Origin: an uncultured Alphaproteobacteria bacterium
Lineage (GTDB): Bacteria; Pseudomonadota; Alphaproteobacteria; RF32; CAG-239
Length of the DNA: 64,000 nt
Direction of reading: 5' to 3'
Assembly: GCA_944393665.1 (NCBI GenBank)
Contig: CALYAX010000007.1
Coordinates: forward strand, 13,937-77,936
Positions 1 to 9,169 of this stretch are shown piece after piece. Each line of letters starts with the position of its first letter. Positions within the stretch are counted from its first letter, which is position 1. The translations under genes and the position numbers were made by a program. The notes beneath the pieces are model-generated. The model saw only the letters and a list, made by a program, of their open reading frames with translations. It ran no database searches and was not told the DNA's origin.

Positions 1-120
1 TTTGAGCAGCCCGCGCTCGCCGTTGACGGCGTGAAACGCAAAATAGACCATCAGCAATGCCCCGAAGATCCAAATTCCCGAATTGCGGAGGCGGTTCTGT
101 AAATCTAAAAAAAGCCCCAT
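1..120 (-). CDS. Partial CDS running off the window start. The N-terminus 'MGLFLDLQNRLRNSGIWIFGALLMVYFAFHAVNGERGLLK' looks like a septum-formation initiator (FtsB/DivIC-like) with a membrane anchor.
   Basis: Reverse-complement translation from the ATG at 118-120 gives one TM helix followed by 'NGERGLL', which is typical of alphaproteobacterial FtsB-like proteins. Only 40 aa are visible. Confidence 0.3.
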   Translation of the reverse strand, partial: MGLFLDLQNRLRNSGIWIFGALLMVYFAFHAVNGERGLLK

Positions 121-293
121 AATGTGACGGTTCCCCAACATGGCCGGCGGTGTTACAGCGACTCCGGCTCCCCGCTTTCTGGCGGCAAAGCCGGAGTTAA
201 AAATTTTCCGCAACAGACTCGCCGGTAATTTTTTAACCTGCCTCAAGTGGACCATATTTAAGTTAATAATTGGTTACGCGGCGGAGAGATTTA

Positions 294-704
294 TCAGTCG
301 GCGACACAGTTGTTGCCACGCCATTTCCAGGCCGTTACCCGGTTGTTTTGCAGCAAAAAGACCGTCTGGCAGTAATATTCAACCTGATAGCCGAAGGCTT
401 CGCCATAAGGCGTGTAGTCATAATCGCCCAAAAACGGCGAGTAAATTCCGTCATACTGATTGGCAAAGCTTCCCTGGTTGTAAATATAAAATTCCGACGG
501 GACATAAACATCATTGGCTTTGACATAAGCCAAAACCTCGTCGCCGCCCGCCAGCATTTTGACGGCGCTCGGCTCGCCCAGCTTATTGATAAGCTCGGAT
601 TTGGTCAACCCCACCAGCGTATTGAGTTTGGCGTCATATTTGGCCGGCGTGGCGCAGGCAAAAATCAGAAAAGTGACGATTAAGGCAAAAGATATTTTTT
701 TCAT
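294..704 (-). CDS. Small lipoprotein of unknown function (136 aa)
   Basis: N-terminus 'MKKISFALIVTFLIFAC' is a signal peptide with a lipobox-like Cys. A strong RBS 'AAGGAAGGAAAAG' lies upstream on the minus strand. Confidence 0.5.
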   Translation of the reverse strand: MKKISFALIVTFLIFACATPAKYDAKLNTLVGLTKSELINKLGEPSAVKMLAGGDEVLAYVKANDVYVPSEFYIYNQGSFANQYDGIYSPFLGDYDYTPYGEAFGYQVEYYCQTVFLLQNNRVTAWKWRGNNCVAD

Positions 705-999
705 TTGCTTTTCCTTCCTTGTTAAACGGCTCAGGTGCTATATAAGCTGTGAAAACGGCAATTTTCAGCTAGCCAAAAGTTCTTTTTCCGGCAAAACGGC
801 TAAAAATTTTCATAACCGGAAAATCACAAAATGCCCCCTGAACAAGTTGTATTTCTTATATAACTTATATATTGGGATTTTAAAAAATCCGCGGTCTCCA
901 AAATATTTCTGTCTACCATATGCTAATTGGTATTGATTGTTGCGCAGTTTTAGATTATAATAAAGGGAGTTTCGGAACAGCAATTATTGGAGAACAGCC

Positions 1000-3738
1000 A
1001 TGAGAACAGTATTTCTTGCTATATTAGCTTTAGCCTTGAGCAGTATTTCTGCGATGGCTTTACCTCCAGGCCATACATACACACACAACACCACCTTTGC
1101 TGTTCCGGAACAGTCTTATCAGGAAGCCAGGCTGTGGTTTCTTCCCGATTATCAGGACAGTACCTTCTCCAAACGTACCGATACCGCTCCCAGCGGCTCC
1201 GGCGACCGCAACGACGCCGATTATACCTGTGAGAAGACTTATAACCTCAATACCTCCTGTACAACCCCGCAGATTGTCGAAAAAGTCCACAACATGGGCA
1301 AAACTGTCTGTTATAAGTGCAAATGTCCCGACAATTATAAAACAACTTCCTGCAAAACCGGATGGCATTTGAGCGGCACCCCCTGCAAAATCGGCACCAC
1401 CAGTTATTACACCGGCTGTGCCGCTGATTCCTGTCCCAACGGATATACGGCAGGCAAAACCTGCGGTGCCGGATATACTCTGGAAAAATCCGGACAGTCC
1501 GGCGACCAGTACTGCGGCAAATGCGTGGCCAAGACCTGTCCTTCGGGTTACAGCGCCGGCCTGAGCAACTGCAACGGCAAGGCCTATCCCTCGGGCTGGA
1601 CTTATGCCTCCAACGGTTATTCCGGCGACAGTATCTGCGGCAAATGTACCGCCAAGACCTGTTCTTCGGGCACGGCGGGCTTGTCCAACTGTAGCGGCAA
1701 AGCACATCCGGAGGGGTGGACTTACAGCTCCAGCGGTTATGCGGGGGACAATATCTGCGGCACCTGTACGGCGAAGGGCTGCCCGGCGGGTTATACGGCG
1801 GGCACCACCCAGTGCAGCAACACCACAAGCTGGACCTATGGTTCCAACGGTTATGCCGGTGACAGTATTTGCGGCAAATGTACGGAAAAAGGCTGTGCCG
1901 AAGGCTTTACGAAAGGCCTGGCCAACTGTAATGCAAAAGCGCACCCGGCAGGATGGAGTTACAGCACCGGAACGCCCAGCGGCAACACCGTTTGCGGCAA
2001 ATGTACCGCCAAAACCTGCACATCCGGCACCACCAGCTGTTCAACCGGTTATGTGGGCGAAGCCAACGGCTATTATTCTGGTGACAGCGCCTGCCTGACC
2101 TGTAAGGTGGCCTGTACGCCGACCTGTCCGACCGGCTGGAGCCTGACGGCGCCGACAAACTGCAAATACGGCGGCACGGTTACGACAGCCGATTCAGCCG
2201 GCTGCGGCAGCACATGTTACCGCTGCGAGGCGATGGTTGCCACATCATGCCAGCAGGTTATTGATCATACCAACAGCAAATATCCGGGCAAGATTGTCCT
2301 GGAAGGTATTTATGACTGCGGCGACAAGACAATCACTTTGGCTGACGGGCAGTCCCTGGTCGGCAAGTCTTACTATACCGGAGCCACAGAATCGGCGACG
2401 TCCAAATCTGCCGGACTGACCTTCTCGACGACCAAATCAGGTGTCAAGAGCATTACAGCCACCGGAAACAACACGACGGTTGCCAATATGCAGATTAAAC
2501 ACACGGCTACTTCGACTAGCCAGACAGTGATTGATATGGGCTTTAATCTGACCGATCAGGTTGTCAAAGATGTTAATATCGTGTTTGACTCCCAGACTGT
2601 GCCGCAATTTTCCTCGAGCTCTAACCATACAACCGGTATCGCCATCGGCGGCACGAGTGCGACGATGACTTTGAAGGGTAATGTTTACATCAGCAATATT
2701 GATGCCAACCCCTCAAACCCGACCAGCCGCTACAATAACGGCATTATGGCCTGCAGAACCAAGTCGGGAAGCAACAATATGGCAGAATCGTCGGCCTTTG
2801 TTACGATCGGAAAAGACACCACCGTCAATGTTAATATTGTGGGCAATTTCGATGATATCGGTATTGGCTGCGGTAGCTATGATGTGACCGACAATGCCAA
2901 GGTTTACACCGATGTCAACGGCTCAAGCTTTTACGGGGCATCGGTTCGCGGAAATGCGGTTGTCAATGCCAACTGCAACCGTGACAATTATCTTGGCGGC
3001 TGTGTCTCAAGCCTTCAGTTGTATGACAACGCGGCGGTTAACGTTTACCTGTACGGTTCTTACACCGGCGGTTTGAGCTCCTATGCAACTGGCGGCACGG
3101 TCTCGTTAAACTCGTCCAAGAGCGTTATCACGATTACTCAGGATAATCGCCAGTACAGTAATTCCAAGTGTTTCCAATGGACTAATCTGGGCTGTGTGAC
3201 CGGCTCTAAGATCAGCTGCTTTGGCAAGACCTATAACTGTACCATTGATACGGAAAAGACAATTAAGTCGGAATCCGGGGATGTCCCGCCCTCACCGTGG
3301 TTTGTCCCCGCGGGCGGAGCACAAAGCTGCCAGCCTTATTTCTCGACAACAGGCACCTGTCCGGCTCACGGAACCTGCACTACCTGTCCGATTAACAAGT
3401 CGTACATCCGGGTTGATAAATGTGATGACGGCTGGGCTGTCGACGGCATTAAATGTAAACAGACCTGCCTGTATAACAACACATATGAGCCCGATGGTTA
3501 CCGCTGCCAAACCTGCACACGGTTAGGGGTGACCTACTATGGCGGAACTTGTTATAAAGATTGCCAGATGGAATCAGATAAAAACATGCAGAAATGTTAC
3601 CAAAACATGGAAAGCTGTATGAGTGGCGGCAGCAGCCAGGATGTCTGCTACCAGGCGATGGATACCTGCATGTACAATGCTCAGATGTCTTATCAAGATT
3701 GCATGATGAATATGGAAGATAATACCATAATCTGGTAG
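1000..3738 (+). CDS. Large secreted Cys-rich protein. It has about 8 tandem repeats of roughly 40 aa ('GDSICGKCTAKTC...NC.GKAHP.GWTY'), a central Gly/Asn/Val-rich beta-helix-like region and a Cys-rich C-terminus.
   Basis: Signal peptide 'MRTVFLAILALALSSISAMA'. RBS 'GGAG' 8 nt upstream. A roughly 120-bp nucleotide tandem periodicity spans 1440-2100. The C-terminal 150 aa carry many Cys and Met. Confidence 0.7.
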   Translation: MRTVFLAILALALSSISAMALPPGHTYTHNTTFAVPEQSYQEARLWFLPDYQDSTFSKRTDTAPSGSGDRNDADYTCEKTYNLNTSCTTPQIVEKVHNMGKTVCYKCKCPDNYKTTSCKTGWHLSGTPCKIGTTSYYTGCAADSCPNGYTAGKTCGAGYTLEKSGQSGDQYCGKCVAKTCPSGYSAGLSNCNGKAYPSGWTYASNGYSGDSICGKCTAKTCSSGTAGLSNCSGKAHPEGWTYSSSGYAGDNICGTCTAKGCPAGYTAGTTQCSNTTSWTYGSNGYAGDSICGKCTEKGCAEGFTKGLANCNAKAHPAGWSYSTGTPSGNTVCGKCTAKTCTSGTTSCSTGYVGEANGYYSGDSACLTCKVACTPTCPTGWSLTAPTNCKYGGTVTTADSAGCGSTCYRCEAMVATSCQQVIDHTNSKYPGKIVLEGIYDCGDKTITLADGQSLVGKSYYTGATESATSKSAGLTFSTTKSGVKSITATGNNTTVANMQIKHTATSTSQTVIDMGFNLTDQVVKDVNIVFDSQTVPQFSSSSNHTTGIAIGGTSATMTLKGNVYISNIDANPSNPTSRYNNGIMACRTKSGSNNMAESSAFVTIGKDTTVNVNIVGNFDDIGIGCGSYDVTDNAKVYTDVNGSSFYGASVRGNAVVNANCNRDNYLGGCVSSLQLYDNAAVNVYLYGSYTGGLSSYATGGTVSLNSSKSVITITQDNRQYSNSKCFQWTNLGCVTGSKISCFGKTYNCTIDTEKTIKSESGDVPPSPWFVPAGGAQSCQPYFSTTGTCPAHGTCTTCPINKSYIRVDKCDDGWAVDGIKCKQTCLYNNTYEPDGYRCQTCTRLGVTYYGGTCYKDCQMESDKNMQKCYQNMESCMSGGSSQDVCYQAMDTCMYNAQMSYQDCMMNMEDNTIIW

Positions 3739-3756
3739 AAGCTTTAACAGAAATAC

Positions 3757-3790
3757 TCCCCGGTGGATTTATCCGGGGAGTTTTTTTGTT
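3757..3790. terminator. Bidirectional rho-independent terminator between the Cys-rich protein gene and lexA
   Basis: Hairpin 'ctccccggtggatttatccggggag' followed by a T7 run. The reverse complement also carries an A/T run. Confidence 0.6.
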
Positions 3791-3798
3791 AAATCATT

Positions 3799-4455
3799 TC
3801 AGTGATAGGTCCGGATTAAACCGCTGAGAATCCCCTGAACTTTAACGCGCCCTGCTTCCAGCCGCCGCGGCTGATAAGCCTCATTTTTGGGGATAAGCAC
3901 CACCTCGGGTCCTTCTTTGCGCAGTTCTTTCAATGTGGCCTCGCATTCATCAACCAGCGCCACAACAATATCGCCGTTATTGGCGTAATCAGCTTTTTTA
4001 ATAATGACGGTATCTCCGTCCATAATACCAATCCCGGTCATGGAATCTCCCTCAATCGTGAGGGCGTAATAGCGGCCGCGGCTGACCATATCAAAAGGAA
4101 CCGGAAATTTTTCGGTTTCATTGGCAATGGCCTCTATCGGCGTTCCCGCGGCAATTTTTCCGTACAGGGGAATTTCAACCATGCCGTTATGAATGGCCTC
4201 CTCACGCTTTTTTTCTTCTTCCACAATAGAACTGGGTTTAAGTTTGGGCAGGCGGACAACCTCAAGGGCGCGGGCTTTATGAGGAAGTTTTTTCAAGAAA
4301 TTGCGCTCGACCAGCGCCTCAATGAGAGCGTGAATACCTGATTTTGACTTGACGCCGACGGCCTCTTTCATTTCATCAAACGAAGGGCAGCAGCCGGTTT
4401 CACGGAGAACTTTGTTGATGTACATCAGCAGGTTATATTGTTTTTCTGTCAGCAT
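3799..4455 (-). CDS. lexA: LexA SOS repressor (S24 peptidase)
   Basis: N-terminal wHTH 'MLTEKQYNLLMYINKVLRETGCCPSFDEM' and C-terminal 'GDSMTG...GDIVVALVDECEATLKELR...VKVQGILSGLIRTY'. This is the canonical LexA length and Ser/Lys dyad context. Confidence 0.9.
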   Translation of the reverse strand: MLTEKQYNLLMYINKVLRETGCCPSFDEMKEAVGVKSKSGIHALIEALVERNFLKKLPHKARALEVVRLPKLKPSSIVEEEKKREEAIHNGMVEIPLYGKIAAGTPIEAIANETEKFPVPFDMVSRGRYYALTIEGDSMTGIGIMDGDTVIIKKADYANNGDIVVALVDECEATLKELRKEGPEVVLIPKNEAYQPRRLEAGRVKVQGILSGLIRTYH

Positions 4456-4489
4456 CGGTGCGGCTCCTTATTTTATTCAGCTTGTAAAT

Positions 4490-4504
4490 GTTCTACTTTA
4501 GTTC
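4490..4504. promoter_or_regulatory. Alphaproteobacterial-type LexA box GTTC-N7-GTTC (GTTCtactttaGTTC) in the lexA/lysS divergent region
   Basis: An exact direct-repeat GTTC N7 GTTC lies 35 bp upstream of the lexA start codon. This matches the established SOS operator of Alphaproteobacteria. Confidence 0.6.
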
Positions 4505-4634
4505 TGCGGCAATGTCAAGCGCGGATATTGTTTTCCGGTCAAAATTAATAATTTTTATTGAAAAAATTTTTGCAATGTTTATAGTTGTGGGTAATTGTGT
4601 AAATTTTAATAAACTTCGTGATCAGGAAACTGTT

Positions 4635-6107
4635 ATGACAACCGAAACCAACATTCACCGCGACGCCCGCCTTGCCAAGCTGAAAGCTTTGCAGGATAAA
4701 GGCTATAATCCCTACCCTTATCGATTTGAACCGAATGCTCACGCCGCAGACCTGCAGGAAAAATATAAAGACCTGGAAGCCGGAACCGATACTGAAGACC
4801 GGGTTACCATTGCCGGCCGCGCCATGGCGGTCCGCAACAACGGCATGTTCATCGACCTTAAGGATAAAAGCGGCAAAATCCAAGCTTTCTGCCACAAAAA
4901 CCATCTGAGCGAAGAAGAACTTGAGCGCTTAAAATGCCTGGATGTCGGCGATATTGTCGGCATCAGCGGTTATGTCCGGCGCACACCGCGCGGCGAGTTG
5001 TCGGTTGCCGCCGAAAAGTTTGATATTATTGCCAAATCGTTGCAGCCGCTGCCGGAAAAATTCCACGGGCTGACAGACCTGGAAGCGCGCTACCGCCAGC
5101 GCTATGTCGATTTTATCATGAATGACGAGAGCCGGGCCATCTTTGAAACACGCTGTAAAATTACTTCAGCGGTCCGTCATTATTTTGAAGAGCATGGTTT
5201 TCTGGAAGTTGAAACCCCGATGCTTCACCCGATTATGGGCGGTGCCAATGCCAAACCGTTTATTACCCACCACAACACTCTGGATATGGATTTGTTTTTG
5301 CGGATTGCGCCGGAACTGTATCTTAAAAAGCTGGTTGTCGGCGGCTTTGACCGGGTTTTTGAAATCGGGCGCAATTTCCGCAATGAGGGCGTTGATAAGA
5401 CGCACAATCCCGAATTTACGGCTTTAGAGGCTTATCAGGCTTATGCCGACTACAACAATATGGCAGACTTGATTCCCGAGCTGATCGCCTATGTCGCGGA
5501 AAAAGTCCACGGTACCAAAAAAATTACTTTCCGCGGCCATGAAATTGATTTTTCGAAACCGTTTGCCCGCAAATCAATGCTGGAACTGGTTAAAGAATAC
5601 ACCGGGCTTGATTTTATGGAAGCCAAAGATGTTGATGAGGCTAAAGCTATGGCCAAATCCATCGGGATTGATGCGTCAGACTGTATTTCCTGGGGCAAGG
5701 TGATTTCCGAGGTTTTTGACGAGCGTGTCGAAGCCCACCTGATTGATCCGATTTTGGTGATGGACATGCCGCGCGATGTTTCGCCGCTGGCCAAAACCCA
5801 CCGCAGCAATCCGCGGCTGGTTGAGCATTTTGATGCCTATGTCGCCGGAATGGAAATGGGCTGCGCTTATTCCGAATTATCCAATCCCCTGGAACAGCGC
5901 GAACGTTTTGAGGCCCAATGTGCTGACCGCGAAAAAGGCGATGATGAAGCACAAATGCTTGATGAGGATTTTGTAAACGCCCTGGAAAATGCTTTTCCGC
6001 CGACCGGCGGGATGGGTATGGGCATCGACCGCCTGGCAATTTTACTTACCGATGCCGAAACCATCCGCGATGTCATTGCTTTTCCGACGCTGCGCAGAAA
6101 AGACTAA
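4635..6107 (+). CDS. lysS: Lysyl-tRNA synthetase, class II
   Basis: '[23 protein letters not shown]' (motif 2 region) and '[14 protein letters not shown]' (motif 3), with an N-terminal OB anticodon-binding region. The start is placed at 'MTTETNIH' with RBS AGGAAA. The ORF track start at 4488 adds an implausible leader. Confidence 0.9.
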   Translation: MTTETNIHRDARLAKLKALQDKGYNPYPYRFEPNAHAADLQEKYKDLEAGTDTEDRVTIAGRAMAVRNNGMFIDLKDKSGKIQAFCHKNHLSEEELERLKCLDVGDIVGISGYVRRTPRGELSVAAEKFDIIAKSLQPLPEKFHGLTDLEARYRQRYVDFIMNDESRAIFETRCKITSAVRHYFEEHGFLEVETPMLHPIMGGANAKPFITHHNTLDMDLFLRIAPELYLKKLVVGGFDRVFEIGRNFRNEGVDKTHNPEFTALEAYQAYADYNNMADLIPELIAYVAEKVHGTKKITFRGHEIDFSKPFARKSMLELVKEYTGLDFMEAKDVDEAKAMAKSIGIDASDCISWGKVISEVFDERVEAHLIDPILVMDMPRDVSPLAKTHRSNPRLVEHFDAYVAGMEMGCAYSELSNPLEQRERFEAQCADREKGDDEAQMLDEDFVNALENAFPPTGGMGMGIDRLAILLTDAETIRDVIAFPTLRRKD

Positions 6108-6134
6108 ATCCAACTGTATCAAGGACCTGCCGCG

Positions 6135-7442
6135 GTGAAGAACAAGCCACCCAAAAAACTGCCTGCCCAGCCTAAGCTTTTATTGAGAAAGCTGGTCTGC
6201 GCGGCAGTTATGGCCGGGGGTGCGGTTATGCTTCATTACGGGTTAACGCATCATCAGAATAGAGCCCTTCGCCGGCAGACACCGCAGGCGCAAATTGAAA
6301 TTACAATTGAGGAAGTTCCGCCGGAACCTGATGCAGAAACGCAGGCGCTGATGAAAACGGCAGCCGAAGCCGAAGATTTTTTATACGGCGGTAATGAAGT
6401 GGTTCATGTCATTGTTCCGGAAGAAGCCAAACCGGAACTATTAGAGCCGCTTTCTGTTTCTGAGCCGCTGCCGGCGGCGTCTGAGGTTCTGCCAGAAGTT
6501 TCCGAAACCGATAAAATCGCAGCCTTGATCGAACAGGAGATAAGCTTTGAACTGCCGCCGCTGACCGAAAAGAAACTGCTGACAGAAATGGAAAGCTGCA
6601 ATCAGGATATTCTTGATACAATTTATGAAGAAGAATTGCCGGATAATATCATTGATGAAAACGCCGGGAATATGTATACCCATATCAACCATACCAAGAT
6701 AACCAAACTGAAAATTATTCCCCTGAAAAAACCGCCGTATTTCGGAGAGAAACCTGTTGTGGCTATTGTTATCGACGATATGGGGGTCAGCCAGAGGCGC
6801 ACTAAGGATATCACCTCTTTGCAGGCCCCGTTGACAGCTTCTTTTTTAACATACAGTTCCAATCTTGCCCCGCAGATTGAAAATGCCCGCCAGGCCGGCC
6901 ACGAGATTATGATTCACGTGCCGATGGAAGCGCAAAAAAAAGTTGATACGGCGCCGGATGTTTTAACAACGCAGATGACACCGGAGGAACTGCGGCAAAA
7001 TTTCAGCGCCATGCTGGCAAAATTTCACGGCATAAAAGGCGTAAACAACCATATGGGCAGTAAACTGACGGAAGACGAGCCGCGTATGGAAGTGATCATG
7101 GATGTTTTGAAAAAACACAACCTGTTTTTCCTTGATTCTAAGACTTCAGCAAAATCAAAAGCCGAAACAGCAGCCAAAAACCGCAGGGTTGCATATGGGC
7201 ATCGTCATGTTTTTTTAGATAATAACAATGATAAGGCTTATATTTTGGGACAACTGGCCCTGACTGAAAAGCTGGCGCGCAAAAACGGCTATGCCATTGC
7301 CATCGGACACCCCAAAAGCCAGACTTATGAAGCCTTGAAAGACTGGCTGAAAACGCTGGAAGAAAAACATATCCGTCTCATTCACCTGAGTGAAATTATG
7401 GCAGTTTTAAATCCCGGCAGCAAAATCACTGCTTTAAATTAA
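6135..7442 (+). CDS. Membrane-anchored protein with a Pro/Glu-rich linker and a C-terminal divergent polysaccharide deacetylase (YibQ-like) domain
   Basis: N-terminal TM 'LVCAAVMAGGAVMLHY'. The C-terminal 'VVAIVIDDMGVS...HVPMEAQ...GVNNHMGS' is typical of the DUF610 / divergent polysaccharide deacetylase family. GTG start. Confidence 0.55.
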   Translation: MKNKPPKKLPAQPKLLLRKLVCAAVMAGGAVMLHYGLTHHQNRALRRQTPQAQIEITIEEVPPEPDAETQALMKTAAEAEDFLYGGNEVVHVIVPEEAKPELLEPLSVSEPLPAASEVLPEVSETDKIAALIEQEISFELPPLTEKKLLTEMESCNQDILDTIYEEELPDNIIDENAGNMYTHINHTKITKLKIIPLKKPPYFGEKPVVAIVIDDMGVSQRRTKDITSLQAPLTASFLTYSSNLAPQIENARQAGHEIMIHVPMEAQKKVDTAPDVLTTQMTPEELRQNFSAMLAKFHGIKGVNNHMGSKLTEDEPRMEVIMDVLKKHNLFFLDSKTSAKSKAETAAKNRRVAYGHRHVFLDNNNDKAYILGQLALTEKLARKNGYAIAIGHPKSQTYEALKDWLKTLEEKHIRLIHLSEIMAVLNPGSKITALN

Positions 7443-7652
7443 TTTTCAATCAGAGTATCTTTACTTTATTATAAATTACTATCGGACAAACCACCCGGAA
7501 TTTTTATATGTTTTATCTTTATTACAGACAGTTACCATACATTAGAAAGAGAGGATTTTCTGTTCCGGCGGTAATTACGACAGGTTTTTACACTAACAAA
7601 ACCTTTCTCACAAATATTCTTAAAAAAATTTACATTTTATGTAAAAAAATTC

Positions 7653-7681
7653 TTGACCGATAAGATTTTTACATATATATA
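7653..7681 (+). promoter_or_regulatory. Putative sigma70 promoter for tRNA-Glu (TTGACC, 17-nt spacer, TATATA)
   Basis: -35 TTGACC at 7653-7658 and -10 TATATA at 7676-7681. The perfect palindrome tttacatTTatgtaaa at 7629-7645 sits just upstream. Confidence 0.35.
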
Positions 7682-7697
7682 TGCAACCAGCCTAGAT

Positions 7698-7772
7698 GGT
7701 CCCATCGTCTAATGGTTAGGACACCACCCTTTCACGGTGGTAATATGGGTTCGAATCCCGTTGGGATCACCA
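7698..7772 (+). tRNA. tRNA-Glu (anticodon UUC)
   Basis: The cloverleaf can be drawn by hand. Acceptor stem GGTCCCA/TGGGATC, anticodon loop CTTTCAC, T-arm GGTTCGAATCC, and the 3' end ACCA is encoded. A terminator hairpin follows at 7781-7807. Confidence 0.85.
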
Positions 7773-7979
7773 ATCGCAATACCCTCAGTTTTTGAGGGTA
7801 TTTTTTTGTTTAAAGACCTGATGTAATCGTACGGTTTTCTAAGTGTATAAGAGATTTTGCGGTCTTGTAATTTCAAGTTCGAAAGTAAAAGGTGCAAAAT
7901 CTCTCTTTTTGTTTCTACTTTCGAACTCTGGAAGATTTGGTACGCATTATTACCCAAGGAAAGTATTGTGGCGACTGCG
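7767..7979. repeat. Direct repeat copy A (213 bp). It starts with the last 6 nt of tRNA-Glu (TCACCA) plus the tRNA terminator, and is about 90% identical to copy B.
   Basis: Visual alignment of 7767-7979 with 10590-10801, for example the shared 'gtttaaagacctgatgtaatcgtacggtt', 'cttgtaatttcaagtt[c/t]gaaagtaaaaggt', 'ctactttcgaactctggaagatttggtacgcattattacccaaggaaagtattgtggcgactgcg'. Confidence 0.8.
7781..7807 (+). terminator. Rho-independent terminator after tRNA-Glu
   Basis: 'ccctca gtttt tgaggg' followed by a T9 run. Confidence 0.6.
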
Positions 7980-8048
7980 TGTAGCGCGCAAAATGGTTCT
8001 GGATTTATTGCAAAATGGTTCTGGGTCGGTTTTAAAGTCTAGGTTTTT

Positions 8049-8150
8049 GTAAGAAGAAAGATGGATTTACATAACTGGGATTCCGATATATCCCGGTAAA
8101 TCTCGGTTAATCCCAGTTATCCAGAACTATCTTTCTTCTTACACTTTTCG
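8049..8150. repeat. Long imperfect palindrome (about 34-bp arms, about 30-nt centre) in an ORF-free AT-rich stretch
   Basis: Left arm 'gtaagaagaaagatggatttacataactgggatt'. The right arm's reverse complement is 'gtaagaagaaagatagttctggataactgggatt'. The central part 'ccgatatatcccggtaaatctcgg' is itself partly palindromic. Confidence 0.6.
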
Positions 8151-8533
8151 CCATTCTGATGTTTAGTTATGATTTCATTCTTAATACTGTTGGAGAATTT
8201 TGAAGCGTGCATAGAGTTTTTCTTAATATTTACATTGAATAGCTAAAAATGAACTTATTATATAGAATTATTGGCTATTAGCTGAAAAGCTTTACTAATA
8301 AAAGATTTTTCAGATCCATTTTTAGCATATATTGCTGTTTTATTAGTTTCTAGATTGCAATTATGAGTCTTATTTTAATTGGCCCTATATTGACAGCCTA
8401 AATCCTAAATTAAAAGTCATATTCTTAACCTTTCTAATATAAAAGGACATCAAAACGAATACATTTTTCATTAATTAATGTATGGGTTTCCATAATATAC
8501 AACTAGATAATGTTATCAAGAAAAATAAAATAA

Positions 8534-9073
8534 TTAGGTAATTAGCTTATTATAAACTTGTTCTAACAATAGAAAATATACAGATTGACATTTTTCTAAT
8601 TCGCTATCTTTTACAATAGTACCAGCGATAGGAATATCAATTTCAACGATAAAATAATTATCCAAATAACGAACAATATCTAAAAATTGATATAAATATT
8701 CCTTAGTTATAAATTCTTGGTCTGTTAGAAAAAAATCAAAAAAACTATGTGCACATATATTTCTTATTTTTCTAGCCTTTTCTATTATGTCAATTTGGTC
8801 GCTTTTCAAGCAATAGAACTCGAATCCATATTCAAATACACCACCACAACGACTACAATTATTTTTATATTTACTGCTTACCTTTTGGTAAGGCTTGCAA
8901 TTATCAATCAGTTCTATGCTGAAAAAATCTTTTAATTTCTCTGTCAGCATAATTTTTGAATATTCGTATAAAAGCATATGTAATGTTGAAAATATTATTT
9001 GTTCTTTTAATGTTGATGTATCTTCAGACAAGAGTTTCTCCAATTTTTCATTTATACTATCGTAGGTATGCAT
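8534..9073 (-). CDS. Hypothetical protein with a HEPN-like Rx4H motif (Abi_2/AbiD-like abortive-infection candidate)
   Basis: 'EKARKIRNICAHSF' matches the HEPN R-x4-6-H signature. The protein is 179 aa, AT-rich, and located on the island. Confidence 0.3.
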   Translation of the reverse strand: MHTYDSINEKLEKLLSEDTSTLKEQIIFSTLHMLLYEYSKIMLTEKLKDFFSIELIDNCKPYQKVSSKYKNNCSRCGGVFEYGFEFYCLKSDQIDIIEKARKIRNICAHSFFDFFLTDQEFITKEYLYQFLDIVRYLDNYFIVEIDIPIAGTIVKDSELEKCQSVYFLLLEQVYNKLIT

Positions 9074-9169
9074 GTGTTTCAGACCTTTTTACATATAATT
9101 AATTTAAGATATTGTATGTAGTTAATTCTGAGAATACAATATCTTTATTGTAATGATGAGGATTCTAAA

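Noticed and set aside
1440-2100. Regular 120-bp nucleotide repeats that could superficially suggest a CRISPR or satellite array
   Set aside because: The repeats are contiguous with no unique spacers. They keep one open reading frame and encode a conserved Cys framework, so this is a coding tandem repeat, not CRISPR.
1060-2158. Four overlapping ORFs (1060-1944 minus, 1247-1828 minus, 1604-2098 plus, 1907-2158 minus) inside the Cys-rich repeat gene
   Set aside because: They lie entirely within the well-supported 912-aa gene, in alternative frames of a GC/Cys-codon-rich tandem-repeat region. Arg/Cys/Pro-rich nonsense translations like these are typical frame-shadow artefacts.
4488-4634. Extended N-terminus of lysS from the ATG at 4488
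   Set aside because: The extension overlaps the LexA box and lexA promoter, is hydrophobic nonsense, and lacks an RBS. A good RBS precedes the ATG at 4635, which gives a canonical LysRS N-terminus.
7709-8052. ORFs 7709-7957 (minus), 7843-8052 (plus) and 7857-8042 (plus) overlapping tRNA-Glu and repeat A
   Set aside because: The minus-strand frame reads through the tRNA gene and is a truncated echo of the repeat-B ORF. The plus-strand ORFs are short, overlap each other and lie in repeat DNA, so they are not credible genes.
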